In this document: piece by piece, positions 38,210 to 47,847 of the stretch | Position numbering within the stretch: the stretch's first letter is position 1 | Layout: the number at the start of each line of letters is the position of its first letter | Source of the DNA: Desulfatiglandales bacterium | GTDB lineage: Bacteria > Desulfobacterota > DSM-4660 > Desulfatiglandales > Desulfatiglandaceae | NCBI GenBank assembly: GCA_963666345.1 | Contig: OY762721.1 | Span: 2,208,001-2,272,000, forward strand | Length of the DNA stretch: 64,000 nt | Reading direction: 5' to 3' | Notes under the pieces: model-generated | Told to the model about the DNA's origin: nothing | Databases searched by the model: none | Seen by the model: the letters and a program-made list of their open reading frames with translations, nothing else | Position numbers and translations under genes: made by a program

Positions 38210-40939
38210 TCAGCTGATTGGAGGGTGTTCAGGAAGAAAAAGCATGAAATTTGTTCCTTGCCCTGCTTTTGATTCAAAGCTCAGTTTGCCGCCATGATCT
38301 CTAACTATCTTATCCGTGACAGGCAGGCCCAGCCCTGTTCCTTTATACCCCTTGGTAGTGAAAAAATCGGAAAAAAGCCTCTTTCGTGTTTTTTCGTCCA
38401 TGCCTGTTCCGTTGTCAACGACCTGAAACCTCACACCCCATCCCGGGGGGCTGTCCGTCTTTATCTTTACGATACCGCTTCCGCTTACTATCCCTTCTAA
38501 TGTACACGCATCCACCGCATTGCTCATCAGGTTCAAAAGGCAGCGGTGAATTGCTCTTCTGTCCATCGCAACCTTTTTCAGTCCCTCTTCGAGTTCTCTA
38601 AGGATTTTTACCCCGGAAATCTTTGATTTTCTGTAAATGAGTTCCATCACCTCAATCGCCAGTTCATTAGGATCGATCAAATCCAGCTTGTACTGCGGCC
38701 TGCCCTGTTTGGAATATATCAGCATATCGGTGACAATGCTTCCTATTTGATCGATGTTGCGTTCCACCATGCCCCATCCGTCCTTTATTAGTTCTATGTC
38801 TCTCTTGCTTATGGCCGAATTGATCACATAGGCCCCTCCCTTTAGCCCCGACAATATGTTTTTTATGTAGTGGGCAAGTCCCGAAACGGTTCGGCCTATG
38901 GCAGCCATGCGTTCGGAATTCTCTTTTTGTCTTTGGAGCCTGTGAACCTCACTCAGGTCCTGCATGAAAAGCACACTGCCCACGTCCTTTGATTCCTCGG
39001 ATAGCAATGTTCCTGATATCCTGACGGGAACCGGATTATGAAACTTGGAGGGCAGCTCTATTTCCATATTTATTATTTTCCCGGGCGGTCCATGGGTGCC
39101 TCCGGAGAACGCCTCCTTTATTTGGCTGACGGCTTCAATGGATAGGATGTCATCATAGGTCTTTTTATCGATCACCTCTTGAGACGAATATCCAAGAATT
39201 TCAGCGGCGCCACTGTTGAAGATATTAATCTTTCCGCCCTCATCGGTTGCGATAATACCGTCTATGGAATTGAGAATAAGATTTTGAACAAAGGCCTCTC
39301 TCTTTTTTATATCCAGGGTCATTGCAACCCGCTCGGAAAAATCCTGGTATGTAACGATAGCACCCTTGATTTCACCGTCGTCATTTTTGATGGGTGCAGC
39401 GTTCATATAAAGATGGGTTCCGGCATTTCCCAGGTAGGGAAAGAAATTTTCCGCCTCATAAGCCCCGTCAACAAGTGGTGATTTCCTCAGCTTCATATCT
39501 TTGTAGAGCCTTTTGATCGAGTTCAGGTCATTTTCAATGACAAGGTCCGCCAACAGGGGTCTCTTGCGGGGGAAAAACGGCTCCCACTGCCTGGATGTCC
39601 CGATCATTTCTTTACTGGTGAACCGGGTGAGTTTTTCACACGCCTTATTCCAGTGAGTTATCTTGTGTGTTTCATCCAGTACGAACATCGGGATGGGGGA
39701 GCCGTATATTATCCCCTCGGCGGTCTTTTTCTGCGAAAGGGAGTACTCTTCTGATTGCTTTAATCTGAGGGTTCTTTCCCGGACCTCCTTTTCCAGCTTG
39801 GCGGAATACTGTTTTCTTGCGTCTTCAAGCTTTTTCTCGATCGATATATCTCTCACCATTATACGGAAAAGCTTTTCCTCTTCCAGCCAGGAGATGTTGG
39901 CTTCAACAGGCAATGTTTTGCCGTTTTTGGTTTCAAAGTCCATGTCAACGGAAATAAAACCGAGAATCTTTAGACCTTCGAGATGATAGGCAAAGATATT
40001 CTTTGAATAACCCTTAGTAACATCGCAGATCTTGAGCCTTTCCAGTTCGAATTTTGAGTACCCCAGCATATAGGCGAGACTCAAGTTGCATTCCAGAACA
40101 ACCCCATCCAAATCGAATAGAGCAAGCCCCTCTGTGGCGTTATCAAAGAGGTCTTTGTATTTTTTCTGTGAGTTCTCCAGGGTTATTTCAAGGTTCTTTC
40201 TGTCCGTGATATCTCTCAGTGTCAAAAGCGTTAAAGGCCCTTCGTTGTCCCTTGCCGGTATGGGTCTGTATATCGCCTCATAGTAGGATGAAGAAGCGCC
40301 TTTTTTAAAAAGGTATTCCCTTACCTCCTCTTTATTGTCACTGGAAGGAAGGTTGCCAAGAGGACAGAAGGTGTCAGCGCAAGGATTATGTCTGTTAAAA
40401 AGCACCTCATAACATGGTCTTCCGATAACATCATTTCTGCTGAGACCGAAATTTTTGAGAAAACTCCGGTTTACGGATTCGATTTTATTTTTTCCGCCTA
40501 TGAACAGGATGGAATCAGACAGGGTGTTGAAGATTGCCGTGTTGTTTCCCCTTTTCTCGACTGTGCCGTCGCCTTTCTTGTCTCCGCTTTGTTCTCTTGT
40601 GCAGGCAGTCTTTAAGAGTGTCAGCAACAGGTCGGCATTTTTGTGAGTGATGATTTGAAGGTTGGCGGGCTTTCTTTCGTTCAGAAGGGGTGCGACCTCT
40701 TTGTCCCCGGCCGGCGCAACTATCAAATCCAGGTCTTTGATCTCTAACAGACCTTCGTAGCTGCCGGTTGTGAGTATGTTGAACCTTCTTGCGATGTCAA
40801 GTATGGAGGGATCAAGGTCGGGACCGGCAATGGCAGCTATTATTACTTGAGGGAACAAATGCTTATTGCATGTCAAATAGTCCAGAATCTCCAGACATTT
40901 TTGGCCTCCACCAGCAATTGCAAGCTTGATAGTCTCCAT
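38210..40939 (-). CDS. Cytoplasmic multi-PAS sensor histidine kinase with N-terminal Rossmann-like domain
   Basis: IKLAIAGGG at the N terminus, four PAS-like repeats, H-box GLAHYIKN, NLMSNAVDA, DNGTGM, FFTTK..KGTGLGL; no TM seen. Confidence 0.9.
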   Translation of the reverse strand: METIKLAIAGGGQKCLEILDYLTCNKHLFPQVIIAAIAGPDLDPSILDIARRFNILTTGSYEGLLEIKDLDLIVAPAGDKEVAPLLNERKPANLQIITHKNADLLLTLLKTACTREQSGDKKGDGTVEKRGNNTAIFNTLSDSILFIGGKNKIESVNRSFLKNFGLSRNDVIGRPCYEVLFNRHNPCADTFCPLGNLPSSDNKEEVREYLFKKGASSSYYEAIYRPIPARDNEGPLTLLTLRDITDRKNLEITLENSQKKYKDLFDNATEGLALFDLDGVVLECNLSLAYMLGYSKFELERLKICDVTKGYSKNIFAYHLEGLKILGFISVDMDFETKNGKTLPVEANISWLEEEKLFRIMVRDISIEKKLEDARKQYSAKLEKEVRERTLRLKQSEEYSLSQKKTAEGIIYGSPIPMFVLDETHKITHWNKACEKLTRFTSKEMIGTSRQWEPFFPRKRPLLADLVIENDLNSIKRLYKDMKLRKSPLVDGAYEAENFFPYLGNAGTHLYMNAAPIKNDDGEIKGAIVTYQDFSERVAMTLDIKKREAFVQNLILNSIDGIIATDEGGKINIFNSGAAEILGYSSQEVIDKKTYDDILSIEAVSQIKEAFSGGTHGPPGKIINMEIELPSKFHNPVPVRISGTLLSEESKDVGSVLFMQDLSEVHRLQRQKENSERMAAIGRTVSGLAHYIKNILSGLKGGAYVINSAISKRDIELIKDGWGMVERNIDQIGSIVTDMLIYSKQGRPQYKLDLIDPNELAIEVMELIYRKSKISGVKILRELEEGLKKVAMDRRAIHRCLLNLMSNAVDACTLEGIVSGSGIVKIKTDSPPGWGVRFQVVDNGTGMDEKTRKRLFSDFFTTKGYKGTGLGLPVTDKIVRDHGGKLSFESKAGQGTNFMLFLPEHPPIS

Positions 40940-40968
40940 TGGAAAATTGCCGATTTATTGTTTTACAG

Positions 40969-41394
40969 CTATGGCGAAGCCCGGTTTGACCGGGAGATAG
41001 CCTCTTTTACCAGTTTTAAAAGCCTTTTCGGATCGACAGGCTTTTCAAGATAACCTGCGGGTCTGACCGCTTTGGATTCCCTATCGGTGCTATGCGATCT
41101 CTTGAAGAATGCCTCCAGGTCAATCCCTGTTTCACCTGATACCCCTGTAATCATTATAACAGGTATTTTGCTCGATTTTTCGTCTTCTATAAGATCGGAG
41201 AGAAAAGACAAACCGCTTTTTCTGGGCATCATAAGATCCAGAAGGATGAGATCGGGATTTTCAGCCCGGGTTTTTTCGAGCCCTTCTTGTCCGTCAGCCG
41301 CGTCAATCGTCTTATAACCGTGATCCTTGAGGAGTGTGGACAAAAATAGAACCACATCGGGATCATCATCAATTATCAAAATCCTATTATCCAT
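40969..41394 (-). CDS. Single-domain response regulator
   Basis: ILIIDDD, LILLDLMMP, IMITG, YLEKP. Confidence 0.9.
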   Translation of the reverse strand: MDNRILIIDDDPDVVLFLSTLLKDHGYKTIDAADGQEGLEKTRAENPDLILLDLMMPRKSGLSFLSDLIEDEKSSKIPVIMITGVSGETGIDLEAFFKRSHSTDRESKAVRPAGYLEKPVDPKRLLKLVKEAISRSNRASP

Positions 41395-41510
41395 AAATTT
41401 TGCCGCCGTTAAACAGAAATAACCGTTGACTTATATCCGCTCGATTCATGCAAGTCAACCTTACTCAACAGTTGGTGATACGAACCCGAAGCGGTTATGT
41501 CCTGTTGACA

Positions 41511-41540
41511 TTGACATGATAAAAGCTATCTTTCTATAGT
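41511..41540 (+). promoter_or_regulatory. Putative sigma70 promoter for the sigma54 activator gene
   Basis: TTGACA-N18-TATAGT, preceded by a tandem second TTGACA at 41505. Confidence 0.55.
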
Positions 41541-41629
41541 GAACAGGTTATCAGGTTTTTTCAATTACTCAATTTTTTTGTGACTTTTTATGGAAAAAGT
41601 TTGGAAAGGACGGTCTATCCAGGGAATAT

Positions 41630-43051
41630 ATGAATTACCCTGTTGAAAACCAGACTGAAATAATCCTTGACAGTATTGCTGATGGAGTCTTCACCGTAGA
41701 CTCGGAATGGCGGATAACCTCATTTAACAGCGCGGCTGAGAAGATAACCGGAATAAAAAGGCGGGAGGCGATCGGCAGGCACTGCTGGAATGTTTTCAGG
41801 GCGAGTATATGCGAAAGCAATTGCTCTCTGCGTAGGACCATGCAGACGGGAGAGGCGATTGGAAGCCAGCCGATTTATATCGTGAATTCAAAAGGGGACA
41901 GGGTTCCTGTGAGTATTTCAACCGCCCTTTTAAAGGAAGTCGGCGGAAGGGTTATAGGAGGAGTTGAAACATTTCGAGACCTGAGTGTTGTCGAGACCCT
42001 TCGCAAAGAACTGGAGGGGCGGCAATCATTTTTTGACATTATAAGTAAAAATGCCGAAATGCAGCGTCTTTTCGGCATCCTTGAGCAGGTTGCCATCAAT
42101 GATGCCAGCGTTATTCTCGTGGGAGAAAGCGGCACAGGAAAGGAACTGTTCGCAAAGGCCATACACTCGTTGAGCCTGCGAAGCGGGGGGCCGATGATTA
42201 CCGTTAATTGCGGTGCCCTCCCTGATACACTTCTTGAGTCGGAACTTTTCGGTTACAGGGCGGGAGCATTTACCGGTGCGAGAAAGGATAAGCCCGGTCG
42301 TTTTGCAATGGCAGAGGGTGGGACACTTTTTCTTGATGAAATAGGGGATATCTCCTCCGCTCTCCAGATTCGCCTTTTGAGGGTCCTTGAAGACAGGATC
42401 TACGAACCGCTGGGTGGAACCGAATCGGTAAAGGCGGATGTAAGGATAGTAACCGCAACGAACAAAGACCTTGAGGATATGGTTGAAGAGGGCCTGTTCA
42501 GGCAGGACCTCTATTACAGGATCAATGTGGTGAAAATATCGCTTCCGCCGCTCAGGAAAAGAAAGGAGGATGTCCCCCTGCTTGCGAACCATTTTGTTGT
42601 AAAGTTCAATAGAATAATGGGAAAATCGATAAGAGGCCTTTCGCCGGAGGTGTTGCCCGTATTGATGTCCCATGATTTTCCGGGCAACGTACGTGAGCTG
42701 GAGAACATTATCGAATATGCCGCAGTGGTGTGTAAAAATAATTTGATAGCCATTGAGAACCTGCCTGATTATCTTTTCAGGGGTTTGAGTGAGAATATGG
42801 ATGAAAAAAAAAGAAGCGCTGTTCCGGAGGATCGCTCATGGAGCAATCTGGAAAAGCAGTTTTTATACGATGCCTTAAAGGAAAATGCCTGGAACAGAAA
42901 GGCGACCGCAAACCAGTTGGGCATTCATCCTAGCACCCTTTGGCGAAAGATGAAACGCCTGAACTTGGAGGCCCCGAGGCAATACGCCGGTAATAGGGCA
43001 CCTTCTTCCGGGAACTTACAAACAAATACAGATCATTTCTCCGTCGAGTAG
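41630..43051 (+). CDS. PAS-domain sigma54 enhancer-binding protein (OrpR-like)
   Basis: PAS with C-X8-C-X3-C, GESGTGKE, ESELFG, GAFTGA, LFLDEIG, FPGNVREL, C-terminal HTH. Confidence 0.9.
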   Translation: MNYPVENQTEIILDSIADGVFTVDSEWRITSFNSAAEKITGIKRREAIGRHCWNVFRASICESNCSLRRTMQTGEAIGSQPIYIVNSKGDRVPVSISTALLKEVGGRVIGGVETFRDLSVVETLRKELEGRQSFFDIISKNAEMQRLFGILEQVAINDASVILVGESGTGKELFAKAIHSLSLRSGGPMITVNCGALPDTLLESELFGYRAGAFTGARKDKPGRFAMAEGGTLFLDEIGDISSALQIRLLRVLEDRIYEPLGGTESVKADVRIVTATNKDLEDMVEEGLFRQDLYYRINVVKISLPPLRKRKEDVPLLANHFVVKFNRIMGKSIRGLSPEVLPVLMSHDFPGNVRELENIIEYAAVVCKNNLIAIENLPDYLFRGLSENMDEKKRSAVPEDRSWSNLEKQFLYDALKENAWNRKATANQLGIHPSTLWRKMKRLNLEAPRQYAGNRAPSSGNLQTNTDHFSVE

Positions 43052-43352
43052 GCAGGCAGACTTTGCAAATATGCAATAAGGCATGGGTTTGTCTTGAAAA
43101 GCTTTTTTATGTCTCGGTACACTGGCGGTGCTTCTGTGAAAAAAGCCCTGCCTGTGGATACTGAGGCCTTTTTATGTGGTATTTCCTTGCGAGATAAGAC
43201 CTGTGAGTCCCTGTGCCTTCACTCGTGTGTTGACAACCAGAGATATGAGAAAATGGACATGGTGTTTTTTTGTAAGCGCTAACCTTCAGTGCGTATAGGT
43301 TTTGCAGGAGATTATTGCGGATATGTTCATCCCGGAGATTATTGTTGCATTA

Positions 43353-43368
43353 TGGCACAATATGTGCA
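43353..43368 (+). promoter_or_regulatory. sigma54 -24/-12 promoter of the orp-like cluster
   Basis: TGGCACAATATGTGCA (TGGCAC-N5-GTGCA, GG-N10-GC), about 45 nt before ATG 43413 and downstream of a sigma54 activator gene. Confidence 0.75.
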
Positions 43369-43412
43369 TGAAAACAGATTGAATCTTTATTTAAAAAACC
43401 GGGGACCATTTT

Positions 43413-43655
43413 ATGCCTATTTACGAATATAGATGCAGAGACTGCGGGGTTGTTTCAGAATTTTTGGTTGGTATGGGGTATGATCAGGAAATATCATGCC
43501 CAAGTTGTGAAAGCCTTGCCATGGAGAAGCTGATGTCAACGGCATCTTTTATGGGTGTTGAAACAGCGAGGGCCCCGGGCCGCACCTGTTGCGGAAGGGA
43601 AGAAAGGTGTGAGACCTCCCCTTGTGAAGCAGGTAAGGGGTGTAGGAGAATTTAG
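43413..43655 (+). CDS. FmdB-family zinc-ribbon protein with Cys-rich tail
   Basis: MPIYEYRCRDCG...CPSCES..MEKLMS; tail TCCG..ERC...PC....C. Confidence 0.85.
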   Translation: MPIYEYRCRDCGVVSEFLVGMGYDQEISCPSCESLAMEKLMSTASFMGVETARAPGRTCCGREERCETSPCEAGKGCRRI

Positions 43656-43817
43656 CGGCGGGATTTGATTCTCCGGTGTTATTCTGATTTAAATAGCCTT
43701 GATTTATATTGCGATAATGCAATGAGAAGGCTAATGTGTTTGCGATATTGCAATGAATGCCGTAGGTAGTGGACGATAGTTTTGCTTTTATTAAACAGGG
43801 GAAGGAGAATCTAGAAT

Positions 43818-44444
43818 ATGAAATTAGCGATAAGTGCAACCGGAAAAGACTTGGAGTCCCAGATAGATCCCAGATTTGGGCGATGCGCCTTTTTTATCGT
43901 GGCTGAAACGGAAGATATGAGTTTTGAGGCCTTTGACAACGCGAGTATCTCTCTTGGGGGGGGTGCCGGAATTCAGTCGGCCCAGTTTGTGGCCTCAAAG
44001 GGCGCCAAGGTGGTAATTACAGGAAACGTAGGCCCCAATGCGGTAAGAACTCTGAACGCGGCCGGCGTTGAGGTTGTGGTAGGTCAGTCGGGTTCGGTCA
44101 AAGAGGCGTTGGAAAGGTACAGGGCGGGAGGCCTGAACAGCACACAGGAAGCCAATGTTGCTGATCACTACGGCATGGGCGGTGGTGCGGGGATGGGTTC
44201 CGGCTCAGGGCGCGGCATGGGCGGTGGAATGGGCAGAGGAATGGGTCGAGGCATGGGCATGGGTTCAGGCGCAGGCCGAGGTATGGGCCAAGGCATGGGC
44301 ATGAGCGGTGGAATTTCTCAAAGCCAGCCTCAAAGCGCTCCCGGCAGTGAAGACGATCTGAGGCAGCTTAAAAACCAGGCCGAGGATCTGCGCAGGCAGA
44401 TGGAAGCGATAGAATCCCATATAAAGGACTTTGAAAACAAATAA
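43818..44444 (+). CDS. NifB/NifX-family (Orange protein-like) protein with Gly/Met-rich linker and DUF5320-like tail
   Basis: IDPRFGRC, GGAGIQSAQ, ITGNVGPNA; GMGRGMG repeats; LKNQAEDL...IESHI coiled tail. Confidence 0.85.
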   Translation: MKLAISATGKDLESQIDPRFGRCAFFIVAETEDMSFEAFDNASISLGGGAGIQSAQFVASKGAKVVITGNVGPNAVRTLNAAGVEVVVGQSGSVKEALERYRAGGLNSTQEANVADHYGMGGGAGMGSGSGRGMGGGMGRGMGRGMGMGSGAGRGMGQGMGMSGGISQSQPQSAPGSEDDLRQLKNQAEDLRRQMEAIESHIKDFENK

Positions 44445-44465
44445 TCCTAAAAGGGATTTGTTGCG

Positions 44466-44864
44466 ATGAATATAGCTATCCCGGTATGGGAAGGTAAGGT
44501 ATCGCCCCTTTTTGATACGGCCTCAAGGCTCCTTGTTTTTCAAACTGAGCAGAAACTTGAGTGCTCTCGTTTCGAGACCTTGATTGATGAAGAGGACATT
44601 ACCGGTAAATGCCTTAATATACAGAAGCTGGGGATAGATACCCTCATTTGCGGGGCCATATCAAAGCATTTTTACATGATGCTTAGAAGCGTCTGCGAAA
44701 TAAGTGTAATTCCATGGATTTCAGGCAGGTGTGAGGATGTCCTACTGGCGTATTTAGGAGGATCTCTTAATAATAGCAAGTACCTGATGCCGGGATGCAG
44801 ATGGGAAAAGGGGTCACCCGATAATGACGAAGTATTCAAGGAAAGAAAAGACGAACAGAAATAA
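44466..44864 (+). CDS. NifB/NifX-family protein
   Basis: IAIPVWEGKVSPLFDTA, LICGAIS, IPWISG, MPGC. Confidence 0.8.
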   Translation: MNIAIPVWEGKVSPLFDTASRLLVFQTEQKLECSRFETLIDEEDITGKCLNIQKLGIDTLICGAISKHFYMMLRSVCEISVIPWISGRCEDVLLAYLGGSLNNSKYLMPGCRWEKGSPDNDEVFKERKDEQK

Positions 44865-44902
44865 ATGCAGGATCCAGGAAAAGATCAGGAGGTTTTTTAC
44901 AG

Positions 44903-46165
44903 ATGACAATAGAGAATAGAGGCGGTGCAAGCTGCGGGGTTGACGATCGTAAGGCAAAGATGCAGAAACAGGATAAGGAAATAGAGCAAAGACTCAGGAG
45001 TATAAAAAACAAGATACTGGTAATGAGCGGTAAAGGCGGGGTGGGTAAGAGCAGTGTGGCCGCGTATCTTTCAGTAATGCTTGCCAAACGAGGTAAGAAG
45101 GTGGGCCTGATGGATGTTGATCTTCATGGTCCGAGTATTCCCAGGATGCTGGGGCTGAAGGGGAGTATCCAGCCAGGCTCCAGCGAGGGCAAGGCTCAAC
45201 CTGTGAGGTATCTTGAAAATATGGAGGTAATATCGATCGAGACCCTGATGGGGGAAAACAAGGATATGGCCACCATATGGAGGGGGCCGCTGAAGATCGG
45301 TGTGATTAAGCAGTTCATATCGGACATTGAATGGATGGACCTGGATTATCTAATAATAGATTCTCCCCCGGGTACGGGTGATGAGCCCTTGACCGTTGCT
45401 CAGACAATCCCCGATGCAAAGGCCCTCGTTGTTACCACGCCGCAGGAGATATCCCTTGCAGATGTGAGAAAATCAATAAATTTCTGCAGGCAGGTAAATA
45501 TGGAGATCCTGGGTCTGGTGGAAAACATGGGCGGGCTTGTATGCCCTCACTGCGGAAAAACTATTGAAATTTTCCAGGCCCACGGCGGGATGCTGACCGC
45601 GAAAAAAGAGGGACTTAAGCTTCTCGGCTCCCTGCCTTTGGATCCTAATGTCGTAAAGGATGCGGACAATGGAAATGTGGATTTTCTGGAAAATAATGAC
45701 CTGCCTTTTACCAAAGAATTTAGCAAAGTAGTGGATGAAGTCGAAAAACAGGCAGAGCAAAAAAAGGTTGTTTTCCCTACAGTACCGGTGCAGGAACAGG
45801 CAGTTAAGAAGGAAAAGGGCAATGGTGATTCAAGGATGCTGGCCGTACCTGTGAGTGCCGGAAAACTGGCCGCTCATTTCGGCCATTGCGAGCAGTTTGC
45901 CTTTTTTGAAACCGAGCAAGGCAAGATTACAGGAAAAGACACAAAGGCACCTCCCGCCCATGAGCCGGGGGTACTTCCCCAATGGCTTTATGAACAGGGT
46001 GTTGATGTGATTCTGGCAGGAGGAATGGGGGAAAGTGCCAAAGGTCTTCTCAACGACAAGGGCATAGAAGTGGTAACAGGTGTGCCGATGGATGCCCCGG
46101 AATCATTGGTAAATCAATATCTGACAGGTTCCCTGGTATTGGGAAACAATGCATGCGAACACTAA
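44903..46165 (+). CDS. Mrp/NBP35 Fe-S carrier ATPase fused to a NifB/NifX domain (MrpORP-like)
   Basis: SGKGGVGKS, DVDLHGPS, IWRGP, DSPPGTGDE, ENM..LVCPHC; C-terminal AHFGHC...HEPG..P...GGMG...CEH. Confidence 0.9.
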   Translation: MTIENRGGASCGVDDRKAKMQKQDKEIEQRLRSIKNKILVMSGKGGVGKSSVAAYLSVMLAKRGKKVGLMDVDLHGPSIPRMLGLKGSIQPGSSEGKAQPVRYLENMEVISIETLMGENKDMATIWRGPLKIGVIKQFISDIEWMDLDYLIIDSPPGTGDEPLTVAQTIPDAKALVVTTPQEISLADVRKSINFCRQVNMEILGLVENMGGLVCPHCGKTIEIFQAHGGMLTAKKEGLKLLGSLPLDPNVVKDADNGNVDFLENNDLPFTKEFSKVVDEVEKQAEQKKVVFPTVPVQEQAVKKEKGNGDSRMLAVPVSAGKLAAHFGHCEQFAFFETEQGKITGKDTKAPPAHEPGVLPQWLYEQGVDVILAGGMGESAKGLLNDKGIEVVTGVPMDAPESLVNQYLTGSLVLGNNACEH

Positions 46166-46204
46166 GCAGGGAAAGGTGTTTTTCAGACCTGCAAAAGGAT
46201 TTTG

Positions 46205-46233
46205 TTAAAAGGGAGTCCTTGACTCCCTTTTAA
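46205..46233. terminator. Perfect 13 bp inverted repeat; possible bidirectional intrinsic terminator
   Basis: TTAAAAGGGAGTC-CTT-GACTCCCTTTTAA. Confidence 0.65.
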
Positions 46234-46284
46234 TTGTTATAAAAAGTGAGATTTTAAAACAGGATGGGTTGGGGAGAAACCTGT

Positions 46285-46722
46285 ATGAGCGAAGATCTGG
46301 ACAGCTTCGTAAATGAGCTTCAGGAGCAGATTTACGAGGAAACCAAAGATGCATACGGTGAAGTTGCCTTTAAGAGATGGCGTGAACCTCTATATATGGG
46401 ACAGATGCCCGACCCTGACGGGTATGCCCGTGTAACAGGCTCATGTGGCGATACGATGCAGATGTTCCTTAAATTTAGAGGCGATTGCGTAAGAGGTGCC
46501 TCTTTTCTGACCGACGGGTGTGGATCAAGTACGGTATGCGGTTCATATGCCGCGGAAATGGCATTAGGAAAAACGCCGGATGAGGTTGCCTGCATGACGG
46601 GTGATGAAATCCTTGAAAGGCTTGGGGGCCTGCCGAAAGAGGATGAACACTGTGCGTTTCTGGCGGTAGAAACCCTCCAGGAGGCACTGAGTGATTACAT
46701 GAAAAAGATGACAAGGAAATAA
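46285..46722 (+). CDS. NifU/IscU-like Fe-S scaffold protein
   Basis: GSCGDTM, TDGCG, EHCAFLA; start probably ATG 46285. Confidence 0.85.
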   Translation: MSEDLDSFVNELQEQIYEETKDAYGEVAFKRWREPLYMGQMPDPDGYARVTGSCGDTMQMFLKFRGDCVRGASFLTDGCGSSTVCGSYAAEMALGKTPDEVACMTGDEILERLGGLPKEDEHCAFLAVETLQEALSDYMKKMTRK

Positions 46723-46850
46723 CCAATCCCTACCCGGATGCCGGATATCGGTTTAACCCTAAAAAAGGCTTGGTTTGCCTGATTTGTGCTGTCAGCCCTC
46801 GGCTGTCGGCTGTCAGCAGAAAAGATGAAGAAAAAGGCCGTTAAGCTGAA

Positions 46851-46887
46851 TGCCATATCCGGAAATCTTAGATTTACGGATATGGCA
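46851..46887. repeat. 37 bp near-perfect palindrome in a repeat-rich intergenic region
   Basis: TGCCATATCCG-G-AAATCT-T-AGATTT-A-CGGATATGGCA. Confidence 0.75.
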
Positions 46888-47001
46888 GGTGCTTTTTTCG
46901 TTCCATTTGAGGCGGGGCTGTTTTTGTTCAGCCTGGTTCATGAAACCGGGTTTTCCAAATGACATAGAAGTAAGTATCGGAAATTTATAGAGGATATTAA
47001 G

Positions 47002-47832
47002 ATGATAATCAGCATTGCTAGTGGTAAAGGCGGGACAGGCAAGACAACCGTTTCAACGAATCTTGCCGTTTCACTTGAATCGGAGGTCCAGTTGCTGGAC
47101 TGCGATGTGGAAGAGCCCAATTCTCACCTCTTTATTCGCCCCACAATCGAGAAGGTAGAGAAGATTACAACCCCGGTGCCCGAGGTAGATGAGAATAAGT
47201 GCACCTTGTGCGGAAAATGTGGTGAGATCTGTCAGTTCAAGGCTATAGTCGTAATCGGGGAGACGGTACTGCCGTTTCATGAGTTGTGTCACAGTTGCGG
47301 CGGCTGTGTGGAGGTGTGCCCTGAAAAGGCGATTACGGAAACGGCCCGAGAGCTGGGAATCCTGGAATGCGGGCATAGAAACTCTCTTGAATTCGTACAT
47401 GGAAGACTAAGAGTGGGAGAGGCAATGTCTCCTCCGCTTATTAGAGCGGTGCGGGCCCATACCAAAGGGGCCTTGACGATAATCGATGCCCCCCCTGGAA
47501 CCTCATGCCCTGTTATAGCGTCTATGAATGGCGCGGATTTTGTCTTGCTCGTAACAGAGCCGACCCCTTTCGGTCTCCACGACCTTAAGCTGGCTGTCGG
47601 TGCGGTCAGGATGCTTGGGATTCCCTGCGGCCTGGTTATAAACAGATCAGATATGGGAGATGACAAGGTATGGGCCTATGCCGAAGAGGAGGGAATTCCG
47701 ATATTGATGGAGATTCCTTTTGACAGGAAAATTGCAGAGGCCTATTCAAGGGGTGATCTGCTTGTTGAGGTCATGCCAGAGTGGAAGGAAAAATTTCAGG
47801 GACTTTTAAAAGATATCGAGAAGCTCATCTAA
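47002..47832 (+). CDS. MinD-superfamily P-loop ATPase with inserted 2x[4Fe-4S] domain
   Basis: ASGKGGTGKT, DCDVEEPN, CTLCGKC..IC, CHSCGGC..VCP, DAPPGTSCP, TEPTPFG. Confidence 0.9.
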   Translation: MIISIASGKGGTGKTTVSTNLAVSLESEVQLLDCDVEEPNSHLFIRPTIEKVEKITTPVPEVDENKCTLCGKCGEICQFKAIVVIGETVLPFHELCHSCGGCVEVCPEKAITETARELGILECGHRNSLEFVHGRLRVGEAMSPPLIRAVRAHTKGALTIIDAPPGTSCPVIASMNGADFVLLVTEPTPFGLHDLKLAVGAVRMLGIPCGLVINRSDMGDDKVWAYAEEEGIPILMEIPFDRKIAEAYSRGDLLVEVMPEWKEKFQGLLKDIEKLI

Positions 47833-47847
47833 ATACGGGAGTGTGTT

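Noticed and set aside
43094..43282. 62 aa ORF between the activator and the orp cluster
   Set aside because: TTG start, no motifs, lies in the enhancer/promoter region
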